Shown here one piece after another: positions 1 to 12,309 of a DNA stretch of 64,000 nt. Both the position numbers and the translations under genes were made by a program. Source of the DNA: Eledone cirrhosa (Eukaryota); the NCBI GenBank assembly GCA_964016885.1, contig OZ024744.1:125178001-125242000 (forward strand), given 5' to 3'. Position 1 is the first letter of the stretch. Each line of letters begins with the position of its first letter. The notes under the pieces were generated by a model. The model did no database searches and had not been told where the DNA came from. It saw only the letters and a list, made by a program, of their open reading frames with translations.

Positions 1-190
1 CAAATATTCGAACGAGACATTCGTATGCGAAAGAAAAATATCTCGGTGGTAGTAGCAAATATTCGAACGAGACATTCGTATTCGAAAGAACGTTTGTCTG
101 GAAGTTGCGATCCATGCCCGGTGGATAGTTGGTTCCGGGCTTTACTATGATTGTTGCAAAACAGAAACTTAAAGGAATTGACAGAATTTT
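1..190 (+). repeat. End of the rRNA-derived mosaic satellite of the preceding unit
   Basis: Matches 38724-38913; contains GGTGGTAGTAGCAAATATTC (28S) and GAAACTTAAAGGAATTGAC (18S). Confidence 0.9.
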
Positions 191-214
191 CGAATCGACA
201 TCAACTCGGCTACG

Positions 215-570
215 GCTATCCCGTCGAGTACGAGAGTATCGCGGGATCAGAGCAACGGTTTGCTAGGCTGCCTCTGAGCGATAACGGCTGAACGCCTCCT
301 CTAAGCCGGAACCCTAGCCGGACCCGAGTTGTTTTTCGACAAGCGTCTCGACCTTCTTAAGGCCCATGCCTTAGTTTGGCGATTGCCGTCCGTTCGCCGA
401 CGGCGGCAGCGTCAGCGGAAATGCCATTCTGTGACGACTACGACGATTCGTCGTCGTCGTCGTCCATTCGATTTCCTGAAAGAGATAGAGACTAAAGTGA
501 TCAAATTGTTCGGAGTTACGTGCTTAGTAGAGCAGCTACCACACTGCAATCTATTGAGAGTTTTCTGACG
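215..570 (+). pseudogene. 28S rRNA 3'-terminal fragment (diverged, with internal deletions)
   Basis: AGTACGAGAG, GCTGAACGCCTC(CT)CTAAG and TAGAGCAGCTACCACACTGCAATCTATTGAGAGT occur in the order of the conserved LSU 3' motifs AGTACGAGAGGAAC, ACTGAACGCCTCTAAG and AGAGCAGCT...GCTGCGATCTATTGAAAGT. Confidence 0.85.
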
Positions 571-960
571 AACGATACAATCCGCCCACGTGGCGCCAGA
601 AAGGGAGAAGAAAAGAAAAGTTAGACGCCGCCGATCGATCGGTTCGTTGTTTTACGTGTACACAGCTTGTGTGTGTGTCTGTATGTGATACAAGCCGCCT
701 ATCCGTCTTCCAAGTAAGTTTTGTGTGTAGACTGCGGAAAGAAATCCAATCCGCCGTCTAGGCGGTTCTGCCGCCGACCCATACTTTTGCGAGTCGCTCC
801 CGGGAAAGACAGGCGGCAAGACGGCGTGTATACACGACGCCTTCCGTCTTCCGCCTCGAACCCGGGCAAACGTTCCTTTATTCGTCCACGCCTTCCCGCT
901 TCGATCGCGAGAAAGTAATCAATCTGTTTTGTGTGTGTGTCTGTGTGTGATACAAATTTG
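571..960 (+). other. Putative 3' ETS / Pol I termination region
   Basis: CpG-rich segment directly after the 28S end, with a duplicated GTGTGTGTCTGTRTGTGATACAA motif near 670 and 933. Assignment is positional. Confidence 0.45.
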
Positions 961-1304
961 TTTTCTTAATTTGATAACCATGAATTGTTTCAACACCGGC
1001 CCTTTTAAGGGCCACTTATATTTTCAATAATCAGTTTAAATGGGTTGCACCGTAGCCACTTGGTAATACACTGCAAATCTCCCGTCAATCTATGAAGGTT
1101 TTGTAGTAGATTAGATCAAAACACAATCAGCAAGACAGTAATGGAATGAATAATATAAACATTTGTTTATAATTAAAGCCTTAAGATGTCCCTCCCTCCC
1201 TCCCTTCCTCCCTTCCTTCCTTCCTTCCTTCCTTCCTTACGATATACACTTTAATAACATTGAAACTTATTTAATAAGTTTAAATTTTAAACACTTTTTA
1301 TTCA

Positions 1305-1435
1305 GACGTACCGCGATAAGTAACTAGATATGTTCTAACGAATAATCCGCGATGTGGCGAGGATTACCGCGATAGGAAATTAGATACGTTCCAAAGAAAT
1401 ATCCGCGAAAAGTGAACCGCGATATAGCGGGTTCA
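1305..1435. mobile_element. Terminal fragment of a pogo/Tigger-like MITE
   Basis: Repeated CCGCGA(T) subterminal motifs ending in GTGAACCGCGATATAGCGGG; no partner end found. Confidence 0.4.
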
Positions 1436-1439
1436 CCAC

Positions 1440-1500
1440 CCAGTGTATTACTGGTACTTTATTTTATCGACCCCCATAAGGATGAAAGGCAAAGTTAACT
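1440..1500 (-). mobile_element. SINE fragment (Deu/Nin-like conserved domain)
   Basis: Reverse complement of GTTAACTTTGCCTTTCATCC...GGGGTCGATAAAATAAAGTACCAGT. Confidence 0.75.
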
Positions 1501-1601
1501 GTGCAATAACAAAGGGAGATAACCTCGTCTTTTTTTTTTTACGGAGTTATTTCCCTTTAAATTTTATCTATTACTTATGATGATACAATTTAATCAGTTC
1601 T

Positions 1602-1726
1602 TAGCTGTCGAGACACTGCATCCTTTAAAACCTCCATGGAACAAGCTACCTGCAACAGTTGTTAGCTGTCGAGACACTGCATCTTTTAAAACCTCCATGG
1701 AACAAACTACCTGCATCAGTTGTTAG
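1602..1726 (+). mobile_element. Tandemly duplicated ~60-bp scrap of a CR1 ORF2 3' end
   Basis: TTAGCTGTCGAGACACTGCATC...TGGAACAA twice; matches the reverse complement of about 15470-15532 (WNKLPASIVSCRDTASFK). Confidence 0.75.
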
Positions 1727-1785
1727 GGTCTGAGTTCAAATCACGCCGAGGAGGTTAACTTTGCCTTTCATCCTTACGGGGTCGG
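1727..1785 (+). mobile_element. SINE fragment (B-box-like GAGTTCAAATC plus conserved domain)
   Basis: GGTCTGAGTTCAAATCACGCCGAG...GTTAACTTTGCCTTTCATCCTTACGGGGTCG, nearly identical to 13002-13056. Confidence 0.8.
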
Positions 1786-1994
1786 TCGGAAAACGAACCA
1801 TTCCCGGTTCGCTTTCGAAGCGGGTTTCCGAAAACAGCGCTTCTCTCGACCGGGCCCGTCGTCCGCTCGGCGGTGGTTTTCATCGTCCCAGGCACGGCTA
1901 ACAGGCGGAGACGGGACAAACGCGCGTGTTCCTTTTTTTATCAGCCGCAGCGCCGTTCGTATATATGCTTAGGTTGTTTTTTTTTTAAATATCC

Positions 1995-2241
1995 TAAGTT
2001 AAGTTGGGGCTAAGTTAAGTTGGGGCTAAGTTAAGTTGAGGTTAAGTTGAGTTGGGGTTAAGTTAAGTGGGGGTTAAGTTAAGCTGGGGTTAAGTTAAGT
2101 TGAGGTTAAGTTAAGTTGGGGTTAAGTCAAGTTGGGGTTAAGTCAAGTTGGGGTTAAGTTAAGTTGGGGTTAAGTTAGGTTGGGGTTAAGTTAGGTTGGG
2201 GTTAAGTTAAGTTGGGGTTAAGTTAGGTTGCGGTTAAGTTA
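1995..2241 (+). repeat. G-rich telomere-like 16-bp minisatellite (GGGGTTAAGTTARGTT), about 15 copies
   Basis: Directly visible. Confidence 0.9.
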
Positions 2242-2242
2242 C

Positions 2243-5200
2243 ATTCGCCGCCGGACTTCAGCTTCCTCATTTAGCATGGGCAGTTTTTCTTGAAAATCAC
2301 ACCACACACAGCAAATATGTGTCCGCACATGTACCAGTAATTACAGATCGATTCCGGTGAAAATTCACTGAAAACGGGCCATCCGGCCCTGTGCGTCGAT
2401 CGTGGGCCGGCCGGATGTTGACGGATCGATGTGTAATTAGAAGTACATGTGCGGACACTCATTGGCTGTGCGTGGTATGCATTTCAGCAAGATATCTCCG
2501 TAACATCAAGAGTTATGGCTGTGGAGGCACACCTAGTCAAACGTAAACAAGGTCTGGAGCGTTTACGCTTCGCGATTTTGTTTACGTTTGACTAGGTGTG
2601 CCTCCACAGCCACAACTCTTGATGTTACGGAGATATCTTGCTGAAATGCATACCGCGCACAGCCAATGAGTGTCCGCACATGTACTTCTAATTACACATC
2701 GATCCGTCAACATCCGGCCGGCCCACGATCGACGCACAGGGCCGGATGGCCCGTTTTCAGTGAATTTTCACCGGAATCGATCTGTAATTACTGGTACATG
2801 TGCGGAGACACATTTGCTGTGTGTGGTGTGATTTTCAAGAAAAACTGCCCATGCTAAATGAGGAAGCTGAAGTCCGCCGGCGAATGGTGTGCTTCGAAGA
2901 AAACTAATTCGAAAATGACCGTTTGCAGGCGGAGTAACCTTTTCGATCGTGGGCCAGCCGCCCGTGGTGGGATCCATCTGTAATTACTGGTACATGTGCG
3001 GACATACATTTGCTGTGTGTGGTGTGATTTTCAAGAAGAACTGCCCATGCTAAATGAGGAAGCTGAAGTCCGCCGGCGAATGGTGTGCTTCGAAGAAAAC
3101 TAATTCGAAAATGACCGTTTGCAGGCGGGGTAACCTTTTCGATCGTGGGCCAGCCGCCCGTGGTGGGATCCATCTGTAATTACTGGTACATGTGCGGACA
3201 CACATTTGCTGTGTGTGGTGTGATTTTCGAGAAAGACTGCCCATGCTAAATGAGGAAGCTGAAGTCCGCCGGCGAATGGTGTGCTTCGAAGAAAACTAAT
3301 TCGAAAATGACTATTTGCCGGCGGAATCACCTTTTCGGTCCTGGTCCGGCCGGATCTTGCCGGATCGATCGGAAATTTGTGGACCATGTTCGGAAGGCCA
3401 TTGTGCATGTGTGGTGAAAAAAATTTGTGTCGAAATCTTCTCGGAAAATAACGGATCGCCGGCGGAGATTGCCATTTCGATCGTGGGCCGGCCGGATCTT
3501 GTCGGATCGATTCGGACATATGTGCATCGTGTTCGCAAGGCCCTTGTCTATGTGTGGTGTGATTTTCATAAAGAAATTCCGAAAAACCCAGTTTTAAATC
3601 TGATTTCGCCAAAGAATTTTGGCTATCAGATCGGGTTGAAAGGTATGGTTTCAGGTCGATCTGAAAGTCTAAAATGGAATTCACTCGGTTAGCTAACTAT
3701 TGATATTTCGGAGATATCTTTCTGAAAATCACACCACACACTCCCAATGAGTGTCTGCACATGTACCAGTAATTACAGATGGATCCCACCACGGGCGGCC
3801 GGCCCACGATCGAAAAGGTTACTCCGAAGCACACCATTCGCCGGCGGAATTCATTTAGCATGGGCAGTTTTTCTCGAAAATCACACCACACACAGCCAAT
3901 GAGTGTCCGCACATGTACCAGTAATTACAGATGGATCCCACCACGGGCGGCTGGCCCACGATCGAAAAGGTTACTCCGCCTGCAAACGGTCATTTTCGAA
4001 TTCGTTTTCTTCGAAGCACACGATTCGCCGGCGGACTTCAGCTGCCTCATTTAGCATGGGCAGTTTTTCTCGAAAATCACACCACACACAGCAAATGTGT
4101 GTCCGCACATGTACCAGTAATTACAGATCGATTCCGGTGAAAATTCACTGAAAACGGGCCATTCGGCCCTGTGCATCGATCGTGGGCCGGCCGGATGTTG
4201 ACGGATCGATGTGTAATTAGAAGTACATGTGCGGACACTCATTGGCTGTGCGTGGTATGCATTTCAGCAAGATATCTCCGTAACATCAAGAGTTATGGCT
4301 GTGGAGGCACACCTAGTCAAACGTAAACAAGCTCTGGAGCGTATACGCTTCGCGATTTTGTTTACGTTTGACTAGGTGTGCCTCCACAGCCACAACTCTT
4401 GATGTTACGGAGATATCTTGCTGAAATGCATACCACGCACAGCCAATGAGTGTCCGCACATGTACTTCTAATTACACATCGATCCGTCAACATCCGGCCG
4501 GCCCACGATCGACGCACAGGGCCGGATGGCCCGTTTTCAGTGAATTTTCACCGGAATCGATCTGTAATTACTGGTACATGTGCGGAGACACATTTGCTGT
4601 GTGTGGTGTGATTTTCAAGAAAAACTGCCCATGCTAAATGAGGAAGCTGAAGTCCGCCGGCGAATGGTGTGCTTCGAAGAAAACTAATTCGAAAATGACC
4701 GTTTGCAGGCGGAGTAACCTTTTCGATCGTGGGCCAGCCGCCCGTGGTGGGATCCATCTGTAATTACTGGTACATGTGCGGACATACATTTGCTGTGTGT
4801 GGTGTGATTTTCAAGAAGAACTGCCCATGCTAAATGAGGAAGCTGAAGTCCGCCGGCGAATGGTGTGCTTCGAAGAAAACTAATTCGAAAATGACCGTTT
4901 GCAGGCGGGGTAACCTTTTCGATCGTGGGCCAGCCGCCCGTGGTGGGATCCATCTGTAATTACTGGTACATGTGCGGACACACATTTGCTGTGTGTGGTG
5001 TGATTTTCGAGAAAGACTGCCCATGCTAAATGAGGAAGCTGAAGTCCGCCGGCGAATGGTGTGCTTCGAAGAAAACTAATTCGAAAATGACTATTTGCCG
5101 GCGGAATCACCTTTTCGGTCCTGGTCCGGCCGGATCTTGCCGGATCGATCGGAAATTTGTGGACCATGTTCGGAAGGCCATTGTGCATGTGTGGTGAAAA

Positions 5201-7850
5201 AAATTTGTGTCGAAATCTTCTCGGAAAATAACGGATCGCCGGCGGAGATTGCCATTTCGATCGTGGGCCGGCCGGATCTTGTCGGATCGATTCGGACATA
5301 TGTGCATCTTGTTCGCAAGGCCCTTGTCTATGTGTGGTGTGATTTTCATAAAGAAATTCCGAAAAACCCAGTTTTAAATCTGATTTCGCCAAAGAATTTT
5401 GGCTATCAGATCGGGTTGAAAGGTATGGTTTCAGGTCGATCTGAAAGTCTAAAATGGAATTCACTCGGTTAGCTAACTATTGATATTTCGGAGATATCTT
5501 TCTGAAAATCACACCACACACTCCCAATGAGTGTCTGCACATGTACCAGTAATTACAGATGGATCCCACCACGGGCGGCCGGCCCACGATCGAAAAGGTT
5601 ACTCCGAAGCACACCATTCGCCGGCGGAATTCATTTAGCATGGGCAGTTTTTCTCGAAAATCACACCACACACAGCCAATGAGTGTCCGCACATGTACCA
5701 GTAATTACAGATGGATCCCACCACGGGCGGCTGGCCCACGATCGAAAAGGTTACTCCGCCTGCAAACGGTCATTTTCGAATTCGTTTTCTTCGAAGCACA
5801 CGATTCGCCGGCGGACTTCAGCTGCCTCATTTAGCATGGGCAGTTTTTCTCGAAAATCACACCACACACAGCAAATGTGTGTCCGCACATGTACCAGTAA
5901 TTACAGATCGATTCCGGTGAAAATTCACTGAAAACGGGCCATTCGGCCCTGTGCGTCGATCGTGGGCCGGCCGGATGTTGACGGATCGATGTGTAATTAG
6001 AAGTACATGTGCGGACACTCATTGGCTGTGCGTGGTATGCATTTCAGCAAGATATCTCCGTAACATCAAGAGTTATGGCTGTGGAGGCACACCTAGTCAA
6101 ACGTAAACAAGCTCTGGAGCGTATACGCTTCGCGATTTTGTTTACGTTTGACTAGGTGTGCCTCCACAGCCACAACTCTTGATGTTACGGAGATATCTTG
6201 CTGAAATGCATACCACGCACAGCCAATGAGTGTCCGCACATGTACTTCTAATTACACATCGATCCGTCAACATCCGGCCGGCCCACGATCGACGCACAGG
6301 GCCGGATGGCCCGTTTTCAGTGAATTTTCACCGGAATCGATCTGTAATTACTGGTACATGTGCGGACACACATTTGCTGTGTGTGGTGTGATTTTCACGA
6401 AAAACTGCCCATGCTAAATGAGGAAGCTGAAGTCCGCCGGCGAATGGTGTGCTTCGAAGAAAACTAATTCGAAAATGACCGTTTGCAGGCGGAGTAACCT
6501 TTTCGATCGTGGGCCAGCCGCCCGTGGTGGGATACATCTGTAATTACTGGTACATGTGCGGACACACATTTGCTGTGTGTGGTGTGATTTTCGAGAAAGA
6601 CTGCCCATGCTAAATGAGGAAGCTGAAGTCCGCCGGCGAATGGTGTGCTTCGAAGAAAACTAATTCGAAAATGACTATTTGCCGGCGGAATCACCTTTTC
6701 GGTCCTGGTCCGGCCGGATCTTGCCGGATCGATCGGAAATTTGTGGACCATGTTCGGAAGGCCATTGTGCATGTGTGGTGAAAAAAATTTGTGTCGAAAT
6801 CTTCTCGGAAAATAACGGATCGCCGGCGGAGATTGCCATTTCGATCGTGGGCCGGCCGGATCTTGTCGGATCGATTCGGACATATGTGCATCGTGTTCGC
6901 AAGGCCCTTGTCTATGTGTGGTGTGATTTTCATAAAGAAATTCCGAAAAACCCAGTTTTAAATCTGATTTCGCCAAAGAATTTTGGCTATCAGATCGGGT
7001 TGAAAGGTATGGTTTCAGGTCGATCTGAAAGTCTAAAATGGAATTCACTCGGTTAGCTAACTATTGATATATCGGAGATATCTTTCTGAAAATCACACCA
7101 CACACTCCCAATGAGTGTCTGCACATGTACCAGTAATTACAGATGGATCCCACCACGGGCGGCCGGCCCACGATCGAAAAGGTTACTCCGAAGCACACCA
7201 TTCGCCGGCGGAATTCATTTAGCATGGGCAGTTTTTCTCGAAAATCACACCACACACAGCCAATGAGTGTCCGCACATGTACCAGTAATTACAGATGGAT
7301 CCCACCACGGGCGGCTGGCCCACGATCGAAAAGGTTACTCCGCCTGCAAACGGTCATTTTCGAATTAGTTTTCTTCGAAGCACACCATTCGCCGGCGGAC
7401 TTCAGCTTCCTCATTTAGCATGGGCAGTTTTTCTTGAAAATCACACCACACACAGCAAATGTGTGTCCGCACATGTACCAGTAATTACAGATCGATTCCG
7501 GTGAAAATTCACTGAAAACGGGCCATTCGGCCCTGTGCGTCGATCGTGGGCCGGCCGGATGTTGACGGATCGATGTGTAATTAGAAGTACATGTGCGGAC
7601 ACTCATTGGCTGTGCGTGGTATGCATTTCACTAAGATATCTCCGTAACATCAAGAGTTATGGCTGTGGAGGCACACCTAGTCAAACGTAAACAAGGTCTG
7701 GAGCGTTTACGCTTCGCGATTTTGTTTACGTTTGACTAGGTGTGCCTCCACAGCGACAACTCTTGATGTTACGGAGATATCTTGCTGAAATTCATACCAC
7801 GCACAGCCAATGAGTGTCCGCACATGTACCTGTAATTACACATCGATCCG
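2243..7850. repeat. Tandem array of long palindromes (periods 1780, 1780, 1584 bp) built from ~196-bp subrepeats in both orientations
   Basis: Four centres near 2564, 4344, 6124 and 7708 (GTCAAACGTAAACAA, 27-nt spacer, TTGTTTACGTTTGAC); mirrored near-identical ORFs on opposite strands (2271-2462 minus, 2666-2857 plus). Confidence 0.95.
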
Positions 7851-7934
7851 ACGACGGACAGAGTATTCGGTTTATTTTCTTGACATATTTCTTTACATAT
7901 TGTCCAGGCATGCACTTTTTCCATGATTAGTTCT

Positions 7935-7992
7935 GTTGACGGCCCGCTTTCCAAAATACCTTATCCTGTGCAACGCCGGGTACCACTGCTAG
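7935..7992 (+). mobile_element. Helitron-type 3' terminus closing the palindromic array
   Basis: Short GC-rich imperfect hairpin CCTGTGCAACGCCGGG, then TACCACTG and CTAG|T followed by a TA tract. Confidence 0.7.
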
Positions 7993-8211
7993 TATATATA
8001 TGTGTATGTATATATATATATATATATTGGTAAACGGAATAGAAAATTGTGACAAATTGTCCACAGTGAAAAATAGTTTAATTAGGAATAAGTGATAATT
8101 AGTAATAGTATTGGTTAGTATTAAGTTTTGGTTTTAAGTTTTACCGGTTGCGCATTTCTAATGCTTTTCAAAAATAATTTTGAGATAGAGCGTCCGTGAT
8201 GTTTGCTCTGA

Positions 8212-8259
<48 letters not shown>

Positions 8260-8410
8260 AACAGTAGAAAGGAAAAAGATTTTTTCAGTAGAAATTGCTG
8301 AAGAGATTCTTTCAGTGTAATTTCAAAACATTAATTTATTTATAAAGTGGATATTTCCACATTTAATAATGGCACTGGGTTCAGCATTATATACATTGTC
8401 AATTGTGGAT

Positions 8411-8745
8411 TCTACTTTTGGCACAAGGGCTGCAATTATCCAGTACATTACTGGTACTTTATTATTTATACAAATAATAATTGTTTCTACTTTTGGCACA
8501 AGGGCAGCAATTACCCAGTACATTACTGGTACTTTATTATTTATACAAATAATAATTGTTTCTACTTTAGGCACAAGGTCAGCAATTACCCAGTACATTA
8601 CTGGTACTTTATTATTTATACAAATAATAATTGTTTCTACTTTAGGCACAAGGTCAGCAATTACCCCAGTACTTTATTTTATCGACCCCGTAAGGATGAA
8701 AGAAAAGTTAACCTCAACGGGATTTGAACTCAGTCTGTAAAGGGA
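8411..8745 (-). mobile_element. SINE with 3' part tandemly repeated (75-bp unit, about 3.3 copies)
   Basis: TCTACTTT(T/A)GGCACAAGG at 8411, 8486, 8561, 8636, followed by the reverse-complemented SINE domain and GATTTGAACTC. Confidence 0.75.
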
Positions 8746-8824
8746 GGTAACTGCTGGATTAATTTGGTTAATTAAGTTAACAGAAATTATGAACCGGTTT
8801 CTACAGAGCCTTCTGGACATTTAA

Positions 8825-9045
8825 CCCTTTAGCATTTAAACCAGCCATACCTAGCCAGAATACTCTCACATCTTTCTGTTCAAACCAGCCATAACTGGCC
8901 ACTCATACTGACGTTAAGGTATTGTTCTCAATATAAATAATATCAAAATCTCATAGATTCGATATTATATGAGATAATTATGTAAGATAAAGCCTTTACC
9001 ACAAAAATACAATAGTATATATAGAGTAATAAAAATGCTAAAGGG
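8825..9045. mobile_element. piggyBac-like MITE (~220 bp)
   Basis: Terminal inverted repeats CCCTTTAGCATTT / AAATGCTAAAGGG; left flank TTAA, right flank TAAA. Confidence 0.7.
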
Positions 9046-9479
9046 TAAAAGTAGCTTATTATTTTGTGAGCTCTTGCTACTTATTGCTCTTGTGCATCAA
9101 GAACATACACAGCTTACATTTTGTTGCTAATCTCACTGAGATCCAACTACATCTCTTGTTTATCCATAGTTTGGAATTTCTACCTACTCCTTTCCTTTAG
9201 AATGATCAAGGCCATTTTCTTGTGGGGATCTAGGCCCTGTTTTCCTTTCTATTTTGCCAAGTTATCTTACATCACTTTCATTCTAGACCATGCTTCCAGG
9301 TTTGGAATTTCTCCTCTAATTTTACCACAGATTAAGTGACAAGGGTTCAATCATGTGCATACAGGAGTTCCCATGGACAGCCAGTAATATGTAATAGCCT
9401 GCAGGATGATAATAAACAGAAGAGGGTTAATTACAGAGCCCTGATAGAGGGTTAATAACAGAGCCCTGATAGACTTGTT

Positions 9480-10950
9480 CACTCAACTCCTCACTATAGC
9501 CATCATTACTTTTAACCTTACTGACTGCTCCTCCATACATGGCTTTTACTGCTCTCACAAGCCACTCATATACCCCTAGTTTTCTAAGTTATACACCAGA
9601 TTAGGGAAGGGGGAAGTCTCACAGAAGCTCTCTCTGGGTCAACAAATGCCAAGTAGAGGGGCTTATTTTAGCTAGGTACTACTCTTGCAGTTGCCACACA
9701 AGGAAGAGGACATCAGTGGTACTTTTACCTGGCACAAATCCAAACTTCATCTCATCTAGGTTAACTTGGTCCCTAATCAGCTGTGTTATAAATCTAACAC
9801 CTTCATGAAGTGGTCCATCTAATATCTCTATAGTTTTCTAGCTCTAGTACATCTCCTTTGCCCTTGTAGCAGTTGATGATGATGATACTACACCATTTAT
9901 TTGGTATGACACCATTTTGTATTACATGCTGTACGATACCAGTGGTTAAGATGTGACCCACCATCCCAGATACTTTCAGTATCTCAGCAACTATCACCAA
10001 TGGACAAGATACTTTCTCTGTCTTCATATCCTTAATTACCTTACTTCATATCCTTAATTACCTTACTGCTTACTTGTATGGCTGGACCCTCTGTTGGGCC
10101 CACTTTCCGTAGACTATCTTCCTCCCATGCATTCTCCTCATTCAGTAATCTTTCATAAAGGCATTTCCATGTTACAAAGGTTGGCTGAAAAGTTCATAGA
10201 CTATCAATGATAGCATGATGCTAGAGCTGTGAAATCTTGCCTGCATTAATTTCAACTCTTCTTATTAATAACTGCATTGTTTCCTTCCAGGGACTATGTT
10301 GAAAAATAAACCTCATTTGGTCATTCCATGAGTGTATCTTGGTCTGCCTATGAACTTTTCAGCTGACCCTATTCAGCATCAGTGAGCCCAAATGCCCCAT
10401 TATCATCCTGGACACACTTTACCCCAACATCACAATTTGCCCTCACACACTGCCTCACAATCCTGAACATCTCATGTATTTCATCCTCACATCATAAAAC
10501 CAACTGAAATTATATATTCTCTGCTTCCCTCCTTGCAAAGAATACTTCTTGCCTAGCTTCCTGTAGTGTACCCTCCAGCTGCCTCCATTCTGCCATTATT
10601 CCATGCCTGTCTCTTGGCCTTAACTGTCTCATCTACCCTAGTGTTTCACCACCAAGATACTCTCCTCTCTGAAGCCCTGCTCCAGCCACAGATCTAGTTT
10701 GACACCTTCAGCAAAGGTTCTTTAAGGAACTCCCACTGTTCCCCTATATTGTATGTTTCTATTTGTTCTTCCTTACTGTTGTAAAGATCAAACAAAATAT
10801 CTCTAAATTTGGAACTGGCTGAGGGGTCCTTTAACTTCCATATCCTTCTCCTCCAAGTTGCCCTCAGTCTTCAAGTTCATCTAAGTCTATGAAATCACTA
10901 ACTACTGGGTTATGTTGGGAGGTGCATTCTTCCCCAGGGGGTGGGGATTG
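9480..10950 (-). mobile_element. Degenerate RTE-like LINE fragment (pre-RT and RT N-terminal part)
   Basis: ORF 9803-10027 contains CYKGKGDVLELENYRDI; flanks carry decayed RT sequence with stops and frameshifts. Confidence 0.75.
10175..10372. mobile_element. Tc1/mariner-like MITE nested in the RTE fragment
   Basis: Inverted ends AGGTTGGCTGAAAAGTTCATAG / CTATGAACTTTTCAGCTGACCC; TA at the left border. Confidence 0.7.
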
Positions 10951-11084
10951 TGTGTTTACAAATGTCAATATCTCATCTTCTGGTGAGGATAAAAATCTGA
11001 CTGGCATGCTCCTCTGACCAATAGGTGTTGAAGTGGTTGTCGGGTAAACGTTAAGACCCTCTGATATACATATATATATATATA

Positions 11085-11145
11085 CTAGCAGTGGTACCCG
11101 GCGTTGCACGGGATAACGTATTTCGGAACGCGGGCCGCCATCTTC
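11085..11145 (-). mobile_element. Second Helitron-type 3' terminus, same family as 7935-7992
   Basis: Reverse complement reads TTATCCCGTGCAACGCCGGGTACCACTGCTAG|TATATA. Confidence 0.7.
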
Positions 11146-11429
11146 CACTTCAGCCGGTCGCCCTAAAGTGTTGGCTATTCAGTCTACTTGAGGCCAGTTG
11201 GTGAGGGGGGGGTAAAGCTTTCAGTGTGCTACTACCCTCACGGTCAAATAGAAAGGGAGAGGAAGAAAAGTCAGCGTTAATATCGTGCTACACGTTTGAA
11301 AGGTTGGATGACCTTAGAGTTCACCAGGGTGGGGGGTTCTAAAAGTATCTATCTTGGTATTTTATCTTAGAAGTAATCATTACAGAGTGTACTGGGTGTA
11401 TTTTAGTGGGCAGTAATTCCATAAAGAAC

Positions 11430-12250
11430 ACAGTATAATCTGTGGACACAAGCCTTGCAGTGTGATTACAGGCAGGTTAATGGGAAAGATAGATTATATA
11501 TGTGACATGATGTACATGAGAAGTGAGGACACAGACCACACATGAAATAGATTCCTACAACTGTCAGGGAGGCTCCCTAGAATTACAGATGACATATTTC
11601 AATATCTCGGTGATCAAGTTAGCAGTGGAGGAAGAATCTCTAAAAGTGTAATACCCAGGATAAGGACAGGCTGGAAGAAGTTTAGAGTACTGTTCCATCT
11701 GTTGACAACAAAGGGCTTCTCTCTCAGAATGGAGGCTAGACTGCTTGATACTTATGTGTGGTCTGCAATCTACACCCCAGCCATGCCCCTTCCACTACCA
11801 CTCCTTAGCTATTTCTCTCCATTAATACTCCTCACATTTCAAGCAGTTTTCTCATCTCAATGAAAGAAAAATATTGGGCTCAAGAGAAGTCTTCAGTTAT
11901 GCCATGGTGTGGCAACCTCCCTAGGGTTGGGCAGAGTGTAAATGAGAGTGAAATTAGGTATGAGAGGGATCATATGCAGTATACAAGAGAGTAGATTACA
12001 TTGGTATGGTCATGTGATGGGTATAAAGGATGACAGCTGTATAAAAATGTGCTGGGCAATCAAAGTTGATGGAAGTTATGAAGGCGGAAGACCCAGGATG
12101 ACCTGGGATGAGGTGATAAAAGATGACTTTGCACAATTGCAACTCTCAAAGACAATGACACAGGATAGAGATCTTGAGATGTATGCAGCAATACAGAAGG
12201 CCTGCTTTCCAATGTGCACGGACTCAAACATACATCTAGTAGGCCCCTCC
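11430..12250 (+). mobile_element. Degenerate RTE-like LINE, C-terminal part
   Basis: ORF 11942-12253 has RLHWYGHV...GRPRMTWDEVIKDD, a typical RTE C-terminus. Confidence 0.8.
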
Positions 12251-12309
12251 TAACCACTATACTCCTTTCCAAACTCCCACACTCCCACTTCTGTACACAC
12301 CACCTTTAG

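Noticed and set aside
2271-7954. Many 60-194 aa ORFs in the palindrome array
   Set aside because: Mirror-image products of inverted repeats with no recognisable domain; no Rep/helicase present.
8323-8740. 25-aa repeat protein
   Set aside because: Arises from the 75-bp tandem duplication of a SINE tail.
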